Shown: in pieces, positions 39,195-50,716 of the stretch
Layout: each line of letters begins with the position of its first letter
Numbering within the stretch: position 1 is the first letter of the stretch
Assembly: GCF_044704955.1 (NCBI RefSeq)
Contig: NC_091999.1
Location: 48,794,001 to 48,858,000 of the forward strand
Length of the DNA: 64,000 nucleotides
Direction: 5' to 3'
Origin: Pristiophorus japonicus
Taxonomy: Eukaryota
Program-made: the position numbers and the translations under genes
The notes under the pieces: model-generated
Databases searched by the model: none
What the model saw: only the letters and a program-made list of their open reading frames with translations
What the model was told of the DNA's origin: nothing

Positions 39195-39855
39195 TTAAGA
39201 ACAAAAGAATTAGGAACAGGAGTAGGCCATCGAGCCCCTCGAGCTTGCTCCGCCATTCAACAAGATCATGGCTGATCTGGCCGTGGACTCAGCTCCACTT
39301 ACCCGCCCTCTCCCTGTAACCCTTAATTCCCTTATTGATTAAAAATCTATCTATCTGTGATTTGAATAAATTCAATGAGCTAGCCTCAACTGCTTCCTTG
39401 GGCAGAGAATTCCACAGATTCACAACCCTCTGGGAGAAGAAATTCCTTCTCAACTCGGTTTTAAATTGGCTCCCCCGTATTTTGACGCTGTGCCCCCTAG
39501 TTCCAGTCTCCCCGACCAGTGGAAACAACCTCTCTGCCTCTATCTTGTCTATCCCTTTCATTATTTTAAATGTTTCAATAAGATCACCCCTCATCCTTCT
39601 GAACTCCAACGAGTAAAGACCCAGTCTACTCAATCTATCATCATAAGGTAACCCCCTCATCTCCGGAATCAGCCGAGTGAATCGTCTCTGTACCCCCTCC
39701 AAAGCTAGTATATCCTTCCTTAAGTAAGGTGAACAAAACTGCATGCAGTACTCCAGGTGCCGCCTCACCAATACCCTATACAGTTGCAGAAGGACCTCCC
39801 TGCTTTTGTACTCCATCCCTCTCACAATGAAAGCCAACATTCCATTCGCCTTCCT
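39195..39855 (-). mobile_element. CR1 3' fragment (young, open frame)
   Basis: ORF 39289-39840, 183 aa of CR1 ORF2 C-terminus. Confidence 0.93.
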
Positions 39856-40401
39856 CTCGCACTTTCTTCGCTTGTCGCACTTTCTTTATTTACTTGCGAA
39901 AGGGGTAGCAGCTGCTCAATCACCGGATGAGCTGGTCATTCCCCCAACACAAGATATCGCACATATTTATACACACAAGCAAACAGGCTCCGTGTATTAA
40001 GTGTAATGAAATTAATGTCATCAGTTAGTTGGAGGAATAAGTCACATTGTTACAAAGTCTCACAGGATCTCAGGTTAGCTGATTAAGTTAAAAACAATAA
40101 ATTCTTTACATATCGCAAGGCCATAGGTTTTAGATCTGCGCTTATCTCTGTCAGCCTTAGTTGTCTGATCGCAGTTTTCCTTATTTTAGGTCATTCTGAG
40201 TCTGACTTACAATCTGTCGTCCTTTATCTTCCCCTTTCTGACCTTTGTGTAACTATGTCACAGGATAACGATCACACAGCATGTGGTTTCAACTGCTGAT
40301 GCCTTGATTTAATTCTAGTTGCTGACAAAAGTTTTGGGTTTTTTTAAATTCTAAGTTGGCCAAGTCATATCCCAATCGAACCTTGTAACTATATTTTCAC
40401 A
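39856..40401 (-). mobile_element. Probable LTR
   Basis: Minus strand starts TGTGAAAA at 40401, with TATAAATA at ~39968 and AATAAA at ~39887. Confidence 0.45.
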
Positions 40402-40957
40402 AGGTGTAACTTTCCTGTTTTCCTCTTATATCCTCACTCATTTCCTCTCATTAAGTTTTATACAGTGTTCACCATTTCATTCATGAGCCCGGAGGAACTT
40501 TACTGTCTAATACAATATCATTAAAGCAGGAATGAGGGACTGAAGTTGCATGTTCAGCCATGAACTCATTGAATGGCGGTGCAGGCTAGAAGGGCCGAAA
40601 GGCCGAATGGCCTACTCCTGCACCTATTCTCGATGTTTCTATGTTTCTATGTATCATACTGTCTTTAAAACATCGATCAAACATTCCCACCAAGTTTTGA
40701 CCCAGTTTCTTTGTTTAATTTTATTTAACCGAACCTCTTCTTGGACCTTTTATTCTCCAAAATATGCCAGAGAGCAATTCAGTCTACAAGAGGAATGATG
40801 TTAGTTACCTTTAGCATAACAGTCACCCACAAAAACTTATTTCTGAATACATATTTTGGATAGAACCACAGAGACCGGACTTTTTCAAAAATAAAAATTA
40901 ATTATCACAATTTTCAGCTAAATTTTCCTTCCCATGTGTTTGACCAGCAACGCTTAG

Positions 40958-40998
<41 letters not shown>

Positions 40999-42996
40999 GA
41001 AAATGTTTTAATTACACAAACAAATTATGCCCAGACTTTGTCATTTTACAAAGAAGACAAAAGTAACAATTGCGTTTGGATGCAAGTCATTTATCTTCCC
41101 CTTCGAGCAGTGTGACTTGGACAATTGGATTATATCAGATATACGGCACAGAAACAGGCCATTCGGCCCAACCAGTCCATGCCGGTGTTTATGCTCCACT
41201 CGAGCCTCCTCCGTTCTTTCCTCATCTAACTATATCCACATAACCCTCGATTCCCTTCTCCCTCATATACTTGTCTAGCCTCCCCTTAAATGCATCGATA
41301 CTATTCACTTCAACCACTCCCTGTGGCAGCGAGTTCCACATTCTCACCACTCTCTGGGTAGAGGTTTCTTCTGGATTCCCGATTTGATTTCTTGGTGACT
41401 ATCTTATGTTGATGGCCTCTAATTATGCTGGTCCCCACAAGTGGAAACACTGTGACTACTCAATCAAAACCTTTCATCATTTTAAAGACATTAGCTCACC
41501 CCTCAGCCTTCTTTTTTCAAGAGGAGAGAAACCCGGCCTGTCCATCCTTTCCCGATAGGTATACGCTCGCCTTTCTCGTATCATCCTTGTAAATCTTCTC
41601 TGCACCCTCTCCAGTGCCTCCGTATCCTTTTTATAATATGGTGACCAGAATTGCACACACAAAGTCTAACCAAGATTCGATACAAGTTTAGCATAACTTC
41701 ACTACTTTTCCATTCTGTAACAATTCAATTCTATAACAATGGATCCCAATAATTTAACTCAATACTTTAAATTCTTAATTCCAACTTTGTCAGCCTGCTG
41801 CGACATTCGATGTTTGCAGATAACTGGAGATAATTTTGTTTCAACTGCTGAATCTTTTGCTATGCCATCAATCTCTTATCCAACTGGAACTGGCATTGCC
41901 TAATATGGTCGTCCTTGGCTACGGCATAGTCCAGAGACACAAGTCTGCATTTTCTTCAACATACATCAGCAATGTTAGAAGCACGTAAAACACTGGTCTT
42001 CCTGTGGCAAGCACATATCACTTGTCTCTGAACTTTTCTTATTCTAACACAATATTTCTAATCTAAACATTCTATGATGAAAATATCCACGGCCAGTTAG
42101 TTGGAAACACCAACTGTTGCTCAGTGAAATTTCTCTCTAATGATAACAACCACATTTTCCCCGATATGGAATGAACTAAACATGAACACCTTACAGAAGC
42201 TGAATTAACCGAGTTCCCGATGCCAACACCCCTCACATCTTCCATTCACTTCAACTGAAAGGAAAACGCCAGATTGTATCAGTCGGGATTTGAAAGATAT
42301 TAACAACAGATGCTAGATATTCTTAGAGTTAGCATTGTTCTCTATTCTGTCTACTCGAGGAGTTTGATAACAGACTTTCTCCTGTGAATGTAGAGCTGGA
42401 ATATTGGGCCGGGATGTATTTACTTGTTCATCTTGTTGACTCGAAAACGTTGCCAATTATTTGATGTGATCTGTATTTTCTTAGATACATTTCCTGAGTG
42501 GTTTCAAATTTAAATTGAACCCAGGTTTGCAGGCGTGATGCTCCATTCACACATCGAAAGTGAGAGAGATGCTGTGGGGCACACACTAAGTCCAGTATCT
42601 GAAAGTGATTCACAGACTGGGTTTTGTGTTCAGTGATCCCAGGCATGTTATCGACACGTTCCCTCAATACCAAGGCTAGGAGAGTCACTCTGGAAGGTAA
42701 GGGGAACTGGCACTTTTCCACGAGAGTAACCAAAGGTATGAGAACTGAAATAATCCAGAGTTAGAAAGGAGGAAAGGCCCCAAAATGGTGCACTCAATAA
42801 CAGGACATCAATTAGTCTCCTCTTATCTTATAACATTAACTATCGACACACTCTGTTATTGAAACATCAAAATATTATATTCCAGCCCAGTTATAGGGGT
42901 TATTATCATCAGAAACAAACTTCAACTGTTGGAATAGACATGATTCAGTCGGGATGTGAATAACAGCAGCAATGATAGCAGAATCAACCCCTGCAG

Positions 42997-44199
42997 TCAC
43001 TTGTGAACTCGCTGGTGTTTCAGCAGGTTTGATGACCGAGGGAATCCCTTCCCACACTCAGAGCAGGTGAACGGCCTCTCCGCAGTGTGAACTCGCTGGT
43101 GACTCAGCAGGCTGGATGACACAGTGAATCCCTTCCCGCACTCAGAACAGGTGAACGGCCTCTTCCCCAGTGTGAACTCGCTGGTGTGCCAGCAGGTCGG
43201 ATGACTGAGTGAATCCTTTCCCACATTCAGAGCAGGGGAACGGCCTCTCCCCAGTGTGAACTCGCTGATGTTTCACCAGGCTGGATGGCTGAGTGAATCG
43301 CTTCCTACACTCTGAGCAGGTGAATGGCCTCTCCCTCGTGTGAACTCGGTCGTGTTGCAGCAGGTGAGATGACTGAGTGAATCCCTTGCCACACTTTGAG
43401 CAGGTGAATGGCCTCTCGCCGGTGTGAACTCGCTGGTGTTTGAGCAGGTTGGATGACCCAGTGAATCGCTTCCCACACACGTGGCAGGTGAACGACCTTT
43501 CCCCGGTGTGAACTCGCTCGTGTTTCCGCAGGTCGGATGACTGAATGAATCGCTTCCCACACACGAGGCAGGTGAACGGCCTCTCCCCTGTGTGAACTCG
43601 CTGGTGTTTCACCAGGCTGGATGGCTCAGTAAATCGCTTCCCACACTCTGAGCAGGTAAATGGCCTCTCCCCAGTGTGAACAAGCTGGTGTTTCAGCAGT
43701 TCGGATGAATGAATGAATGGCTTCCCACACACGGAGCATGTGAACGGCCTCTCCCCGGTGTGAATGTGTTGATGAATTTCCAGTGCAGATAGCAGCTGAA
43801 TCCCTTCCCACAGTCCCCACATTTCCACGGTTTCTCCGTGCTGCTGGTGTGCTTCCGTCTCTCCAGGTTGGATGATCAGTTGAAGCCTCCTCCACACACA
43901 ACACGTTTACAGATTCTCCACGCTGTGAATGATGCGATGGTTTTTCAGGCAGTGTAACTGGTTAAAGCTCTTTCCACAATCAGTGCACTGAAACACGCTC
44001 ACTCGGGTGTGTGTCTCAGTGCTTTTTCAGTCACACTGATGTTTGTAATCTTTCCCCACAGACAGAATAAACTAACATTTCTCCTTCCACATTCAAAGGC
44101 CGATGATATTCAAGTCCTGATGAATCGAATGACTCTATCAGATCTTGACGTGATGTTTAGTTTGAGTTTCCCTCCTTCAAATCCTCCCCTTCTAACACC
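42997..44199 (-). pseudogene. C2H2 ZNF pseudogene (ZNF-C), 9 fingers, two frameshifts
   Basis: 1-nt deletion near 43790 that also removes the ATG used by ZNF-B. 1-nt insertion near 43163 (GGG GAA GAG GCC). Acceptor at 44200-44201. Confidence 0.85.
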
Positions 44200-44324
44200 C
44201 TGCAAAAGGACTTTACAAAAGTCATCACTGTAAGTACAGGATCGAAATTCAGAAAAGACAATTCTAGTTTCTATGGAACATTCTTTCCTTCTGCTGTGTG
44301 ATTTTAAGTATTGACTTAATAAAA

Positions 44325-45657
44325 AATAATAAAGAGGGAGAAGATAAATTGAGAGTAAACTGACAAGAAATATAAATACAGTCACAGCTTCTACAGATAT
44401 ATAAAAAGGAAGACATAGCTAAAATAAACGTTGGTCCCTTAGAGAATGAGACGGGGAATTAATAATGAGAAACAGGGAAATGGCAGAGACTTTAAACAAA
44501 TATTTTGTGTGGTCTTCACGGTGGAAGACACTAAAAACATCCCAATAATAATAGATAATCAAGGGGTCACAGGGAGCGAGGAACTTAAAACAATCACTAT
44601 CACTGGAGAAAAAGTACGAGAAAAACTATTGGGACTAAAGGTGGACGTCCCCTGGACCTGATGGCCTGCATCCTGGGGTCTTAAAAGAAGTGGCTGCAGA
44701 GAAAGTGGATGGATTGGTTGTAATCGACCAAAATTCCCTGGATTCTGGCAAGGTCCCAGTGGATTGGAAAACCTCAAATGTAACACCCCTATTCAACAAG
44801 GGAGGGAGGGAGAGAGAAAGCAGGAAACTATAGAGCAGTTAGCCAAATATTTATCATTTGGAAAATGCTGGAGTCCATTATTAAGGAAATAGTAGCAGGA
44901 CATTTAGAAAATCATAATAGTCAAGCAGAGACGGCATGGTTTTATGAAAGGGAAATCACGTTTGACAAATTTGCTCGAATTCTTTGAGGATGTAACGAGC
45001 AGGGTGGATGAAGAGGAACCAGTAGCAGTTGTGTATTTGCATTTCCAGAAGTCATTCGATAAGGTGCCAGATAAAAGGTTACTGCACAATATAAGAGCTC
45101 ACAGGGTTGGTGGTAATATATTAGCATAGATGTAGGATTGGCGAACTAACAGAAAACAGAGAATGGGGATAAATGGGTCATTTTCAGGTTGGCAAACTGT
45201 AACTAGTGGGGTGCCACAGGGATCAGTGCTGGGGCCTCAATTATTTACAATCCATATTAATGACTTGGATGAAGGGACGGAGTGCACTGCAGCCAAATAT
45301 GCTGCTGATACAAAGATAGGTGGGAAAGCAAATTGTGAGGAGGACACAAAGAATCTGCAAAGGGTTATAGACAGGCTCAGTGAGTGGGCAAAAATTTGGC
45401 AGATGGAGTATAATGTGGGAAAATGTGAGGTTATGCACTTTGGTAGGAAGAATAAAAAAGCAAACTATTATTTAAATGGAGACTGCAAAATGCTGCGGGA
45501 CAGAGGGATCTGGAGGTCCTTGTGCATGAAACACAAAAAGTTAGCATGCAGGTACAGCAAGTAATCAGGAAGGTAAATGCAATGTTGGCCTTTATTGCAA
45601 GGGGAATGGAGTATAAAAGCAGAGAAGTCTTGCTGCAACTGTACAGTGTGTTCTTGA
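44325..45657 (+). mobile_element. CR1 RT fragment (paralogue of 23960-25830)
   Basis: Same motifs and shared lesions. Confidence 0.9.
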
Positions 45658-46004
45658 GATGATTTTGAGGAATAGACAAAATGTCTAAGCATTGATAAAT
45701 GCTTCGTCTAACATCTCCAACTGAGATATAAATGTACAGCATTTGTTTATCATGATATAGAACTATGCAGATTCTCCCAGTGGGACGAAAGTTGCTGAAA
45801 TGACTTTGAAGTATCCTCTCATTAAAGAGCTTCTCTTTGTCTCCAACCTGTGGTGTATATGAGCTGAGAGCGCTGAATGTACCAGCTTTGGCCACAAGTC
45901 CGACAAATATTCTGCTTCAGATTAACAGCCCGCCCCTTGGCTAAAATAGGCAACAAAATTAATTGAGCGGCTGTGTGTGTAACTCACGATTGGAAGAAAA
46001 GGCC

Positions 46005-46020
46005 TTTATTGTTTTTTATT
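46005..46020 (-). terminator. Two poly(A) signals of the secretory mu transcript
   Basis: AATAAA on the minus strand at 46015-46020 and 46005-46010, 30-45 nt past the stop. Confidence 0.7.
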
Positions 46021-46048
46021 TAAGAACTGAAAGGCAATCGAGAGATTC

Positions 46049-46440
46049 TCATTGATAAGAATTGATGTTGTCCATCAGAACAAGAGAAATATTCACAAAA
46101 CTGGGTTTACCTCTGGATTTATTGACGGTTCTGTTGGTGATTTTCAAGGAAATCGGTTTATGTCCCACCACACAGGAGTAAGAAGCGCCGCTGGCCCACT
46201 CCTCGGCTGCAACGGATAGCAGGCTGTACATGAAGAATGATCTGCTGCCGTTCTCCGCCATCACCTCGGTGTTCTTGTAGTTGTCGGAATCCACCGGCTT
46301 GTCATTGACGGTCCATTTGACGAAGATCTCTCGGGGGGAGAAACCTCTCACTAAACAGGTGAGGCTGACCAACCTCTCAGCAGAGACTTCTTCTGCCGAG
46401 GGCAGGAGAACAGACACGGCCGGTTCCCGTGGATCTTTCG
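46049..46440 (-). CDS. IGHM: IgM heavy chain Cmu4 exon plus secretory tailpiece
   Basis: Acceptor TTCTACAG. Reads [13 protein letters not shown]...[17 protein letters not shown]...[15 protein letters not shown]...[20 protein letters not shown]. Internal membrane-form donor G|GTAAA at 46111/46110. Confidence 0.93.
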
Positions 46441-47339
46441 CTGTAGAACAGTTACAATAAAGGCCAATGAACTGGACAGTTCCAGAGACAATGGTGGGAG
46501 TTTTAATCTAATAAAGCAGGCGTGTTGAGGGTGTGGGGGTGATTAAATTTGTAAAAATCGGAATCCCGACATCAACCCGACCACTCCTGGTTGTAATATT
46601 GTATTTGAATAATATATTTATAGGAGGCTGGAATCCTCTATTTTAACCTCCATTCGGTGTTTAACTGTAGCTGGTCCGGCTTGACATACTGTGTAAATCC
46701 CAGCAGTTACAGCGATGCGTGGACTGCTGCACCCAGGTGGTTATTTCCCTTACACCTCCATTCTGGATCCAGGGTCCCTGCCTAACCCACCCCCCGCGTT
46801 CCGAGAGCTCCTCACTCGGATTCCAATCCTCCTCTTCTCCCGGGTGGCCTGTGAGACCACCACCACCACCAACTCGCCTTCTCCGTTTAAATTCGCCAAT
46901 GTCCTGTAGTTACACGTCAGATAAATATGCTCTTCGTTGACATTTAACGCTTTATTATTTCCCCTCTGGGGCCTCTCTTGTTTGCCATCCCGCAGCAGAG
47001 TGAACATAATCTTTCTCTCTGAAATCTTTAAGGGTTGGACTTGAATTTACTGCACAGATCAAGGCGATTTGGCGAACTGGTCTCTGCCTGTGTTTATGCT
47101 CCATACAAGCCTCCACCTGACTCAGTTCATCTAACCCTAATAACATACCCTTCTATTCCTTTCTCGCTCATGGACTTATCCAGTTTCCCCTAAAATACAT
47201 AACCTCAGGTCCAAGAGTGGGATTACCAAACTGAATGATCAGAGTAGCCCATTAAACACTTTATACAATGAATTGGCCCTTGCACATGCACCGGAAATAG
47301 TCACAGTATCTCACTTATTGCAACAATCTCCCCGCTCAC

Positions 47340-47648
47340 CCTTTTCCTTGTGGATGGAATCTCTGATAGGAGTCGGCATATCCTGATGGCTCACCACGCA
47401 GTAGAACTTATCCCCACTCAGCCAGTCTTGTGTCGAGATGTTTAAGTTGCTGATCACACTGTTGGGATCCTCTCCGGGTTGGACGGCAATCTCTGATTTC
47501 AAAGCCTCCTTTTCTCGGGTCCAGGACACGGTGAGCCCATAAGGAGCGTCAGACACGACGCAGGTTAAGGTCACCGTCGCCTCCAGTAAGACCTGTTCCA
47601 GTGACGGTGGGCGAAGAGTGATTTTTGAATCGCTGCATGGGACATCCA
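47340..47648 (-). CDS. IGHM: IgM heavy chain Cmu3 exon
   Basis: 309 nt, phase 1/1, TTTTGCAG acceptor and GTGAGC donor. Reads [19 protein letters not shown]...W...[20 protein letters not shown]. Confidence 0.93.
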
Positions 47649-48354
47649 CTGCAAAACAGGAATGAAAGTCAGGAAAAGCTGCAGCTTCAGAATCCGGACA
47701 CAATATTTAGCCTTAACTCGTTCAAGGGGAATACATCACTTTTGAGATATCAACCTCTCGCTGTTGCTTTAACACCGGCGGTATTGGAAGGACAATGAAT
47801 TGGCAACGATTCCGGGAGATCTGTAACATTTCTTGTGTATTTGCAGCCAGAGCCACCTGTAATGGGCTGTGAAGCAAATAACCAGCGTAAAACGGGAATA
47901 CATTGTGGTGCAATTGGGTTAGGCACTGAATAGCGCTCTTCCTGAAATCTCTTGCTCCTTTACACCCATCTATAGATCCTTGCATCCAAACGCATCTCCG
48001 CTGGTTATAATAGTGAAGCCCAAATAGCCCGAAGTTCAAGAGGTCTACACCAACATTACTCTGGTTCAAAACAAGTGTCAAATTGATTTCAGGATTTATG
48101 GGATAACAGGAAACAAAGTTAAGTTTCTGTTCACTTGCTGTGATCTTTATTGCGGTGAAAATGTGCAGGAACTAGTCACAGCCCCCGTCAGAGGAGAAGT
48201 GCAAGGTCGGGAGAATGGAGTTCCAAGGGGTCTTTTGTGGTGGGGCATCATTTTTAATGATGTCAGGTAGTTTGTTAATTTCTGTCATTACTGAACATTT
48301 ATCATGTCTGGTGAGAGAGAGTCAGAGTTAAATATGACCTCAGGGCATTAATAG

Positions 48355-48860
48355 CAACATAGGAACTGGATGAGGCCACTCAGCCCATCCATCCTGTCCC
48401 GCAATCCAGTTAGATCAGGGCTGATCTACACTCAACACCATCTTCACGCCTTGGTTCTGTAACCCTTGATAATCTTGCCTAACAAAAATCTATCAATCTA
48501 AGTTTTCAACGTTTCAATTGAAACCAAGCTTCAGCAGCTTTTGGGGAGGGAAATCCAGACTTCCTGTGAAGAAATCCTTCCTGACATCACTTCTGCACGA
48601 TCTGGCTCTAATTGTAAGATTCTGCTATTTGTTCTGGAATTTTCCATCAAAGGAAATAATTGTTCAACATCTACTTGATCAATTGTATTTATCTACTTGA
48701 ACACCTCAATTGTATCACCTCTTAATATTCTCTACTCGTCTCCTCATCATTTTATTTTATTAGCCCCGGTATCATTCGGATAAACCTGAACTTTACCGCC
48801 TCCATGACCAGTATATCCTTCCTGAGGTGCGGAGCCCAGAATTGGGCTCAGTGCTCTGAA
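48355..48860 (-). mobile_element. Old CR1 3' fragment in the Cmu2-Cmu3 intron
   Basis: Decayed CR1 3' UTR and LRKDILVMEAV coding sequence. Confidence 0.65.
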
Positions 48861-49044
48861 TAGGGTAGATGCCCATTCCAACAGTGGGTTCTGGACAGCT
48901 AGCAGTAAAGGGTTCCAGACTCTGACTGCCGCTCCGTATATGATCAGCCAACTCAGGATAAACCTGAGAATAAGGGCACGTTACTCACTGCCTGAAATCA
49001 GAGCAGGGGGAAAGCTTCGTTTGCGAGTTTATTAAATCCTGAAC

Positions 49045-49480
49045 AATGAGGAATCCTGAACCAGAAGATCGTGGGTTGAAGTCTCACTCCAGATACTTGA
49101 TCACAAAATGTAAGCTGAGTCTCCCAGTGCAGTACTGGGGGCGTGGTGCACTATCGGAGGTGCGGTCTTTCGGATCACGTGTTAAACCGAGGATCCGTCT
49201 GGCCTCTTAGGTGGACGTAAATGATTCCCTGGATCTATTTCAATGAAAAGCCGAGGACTTTTCCTTAGTGGCCTGGGAATATTTATAGCTCAAAAAACAC
49301 CACTAAGCAAAATATAATCTGGTCATTATCACACTGCTGTTTGTGGGAGATTGCTGTGCACTAAATGATTGCTGCACGTTGTACATTACAACTGTGACCA
49401 CATTTCACAACTTAATTCATTGGCTGGCAAGCGATTTGGTTCCGACTAAGGTAGCTGAAGGCGCTGTTTCAAGGCAAGTT
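49045..49480 (+). mobile_element. Deu-domain SINE in the Cmu2-Cmu3 intron
   Basis: Homologous to 25962-26395. Confidence 0.7.
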
Positions 49481-49615
49481 TGTAATCACAAGAATACACA
49501 AACTGCATGATTGGAAATTAGGAATAGTTCGGTGCTTTTTACTAATTTCAATAAAAGTCCTGACTGAGATCAGCGCTCATAATGGTCTATAACCTCCTGG
49601 GATTGTGCCTCTTAC

Positions 49616-49933
49616 CCGGAGATCTGATGAAGTTACGGCTTTGCGTGACCCCTTCATGAGTGTCCTGGCAGGTGTAGACCGAGCCGGTGAACCATTCCTC
49701 GGCGGGGACTGTCAGCCGACTGGCCGCCGAGAAGTTTCCATTCACCTCAAATACGGGAGAGGTGACGGAGCCAGAATCCAGGAGTTGTCCTCTCTCCAGC
49801 CAATTCACGGTCAGTGACTTTGGCCGGAAATCGATGATTGAACACACGGCGCTTGCATATCTGCTGCTGGTGATTTGTTCAGTAGAACTCAGCGTGAGGA
49901 GAACAGTTGGAGGGATGATGTCGCGTTCAGAAT
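49616..49933 (-). CDS. IGHM: IgM heavy chain Cmu2 exon
   Basis: 318 nt, phase 1/1, pyrimidine tract + AAG acceptor, GTAAGA donor. Reads PPTVLLT...[15 protein letters not shown]...[19 protein letters not shown]. Confidence 0.9.
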
Positions 49934-50049
49934 CTTCAAGAGAAGACAAATTATTGACATTGCTTGCAAAATCAATCATTAAGAAATGCAAAGTGTCCTT
50001 ATATTTTAACAGGTTCTTCGCTGTCAGACTAACACTAACCTGGCATTTA

Positions 50050-50490
50050 CAGAGAGCAGAACTGTGCACAGTCTTTTCAGTGTAATCTGCAGACCGGAAC
50101 TGTGCATAATATTCTTAGTATGATCTGGAGACCAGAACGTTACACAGTATTCCAAGAGTGATGAGGAGACCAGAACTGTAAACAATATTCTTAGTATGAT
50201 ATGGAGACCTGAACTGTGGACAGTATTCTAAATGTGATATGGAAACCAGAACTTGCATAATATTCTCAGTATGATAGGGAGACCAGAACTAAACACAGTA
50301 TTTTAATTGTGATATGGGAGACCAGAACGGTGCACAGTATTATAAGTGCGATAGGGAGACCAGAACTATACACAGTACTCTAAGTGTGATATGGAGAACA
50401 GAACTGTACACAGCATTCTAAGTGTAATATGGAGATCAGAACTGTACACGACACTCTAAGTGTCGTCTAACCAAATTTCTGTACAAGTTG
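50050..50490. repeat. 38-bp tandem repeat (~11 copies) amplified from a CR1 fragment
   Basis: GGAGACCAGAACTGTACACAGTATTCTAAGTGTGATAT at 50127, 50165, 50203, 50241... The reverse complement is CR1 [11 protein letters not shown] coding sequence. Confidence 0.9.
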
Positions 50491-50562
50491 AACATACCTT
50501 CTCTTCTTCTCACAGTTTCACCTGTATCCCACATCACTAACCTAGCATTGTGATGGCCCAGA

Positions 50563-50716
50563 CCGACACACCTCGCAGTAGATGCTGCTGCTGCACACCT
50601 CTGACTCGCTGATGGTTAACCGGCTCTTTATCTTTCTTCCAGGAAAGGCTGGTGATTTTATCTTTCTTCCAGGAAAAGCTGGTGATTTTGGGGGAGTAGT
50701 CCATCGCCAAACAGCT
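50563..50716 (-). pseudogene. IGHM: Rearranged IgM Cmu1 exon remnant
   Basis: Manual translation: CLAMDYSPKITSFSWKKDK-ITSLSWKKDKEP / frameshift / LTISESEVCSSSIYCEV. Both Ig cysteines and the Trp are recognisable. Confidence 0.85.

Larger units (their letters stand above)
40402..45725. repeat. Segmental duplication, copy B
   Basis: Direct paralogue of 20182-25935, with a private insertion at 40522-40651 and a deletion at ~45657. Confidence 0.95.

Noticed and set aside
38004-39319. 386-, 264- and 241-aa ORFs
   Set aside because: Products of a CpG island plus a GC-rich VNTR. No domain is recognisable.
46049-49933. IgNAR, IgW or IgM1gj identity for the Ig exons
   Set aside because: Domain sequences and tail match recalled shark mu CH2-CH4, and IgM1gj lacks CH2 rather than CH1.
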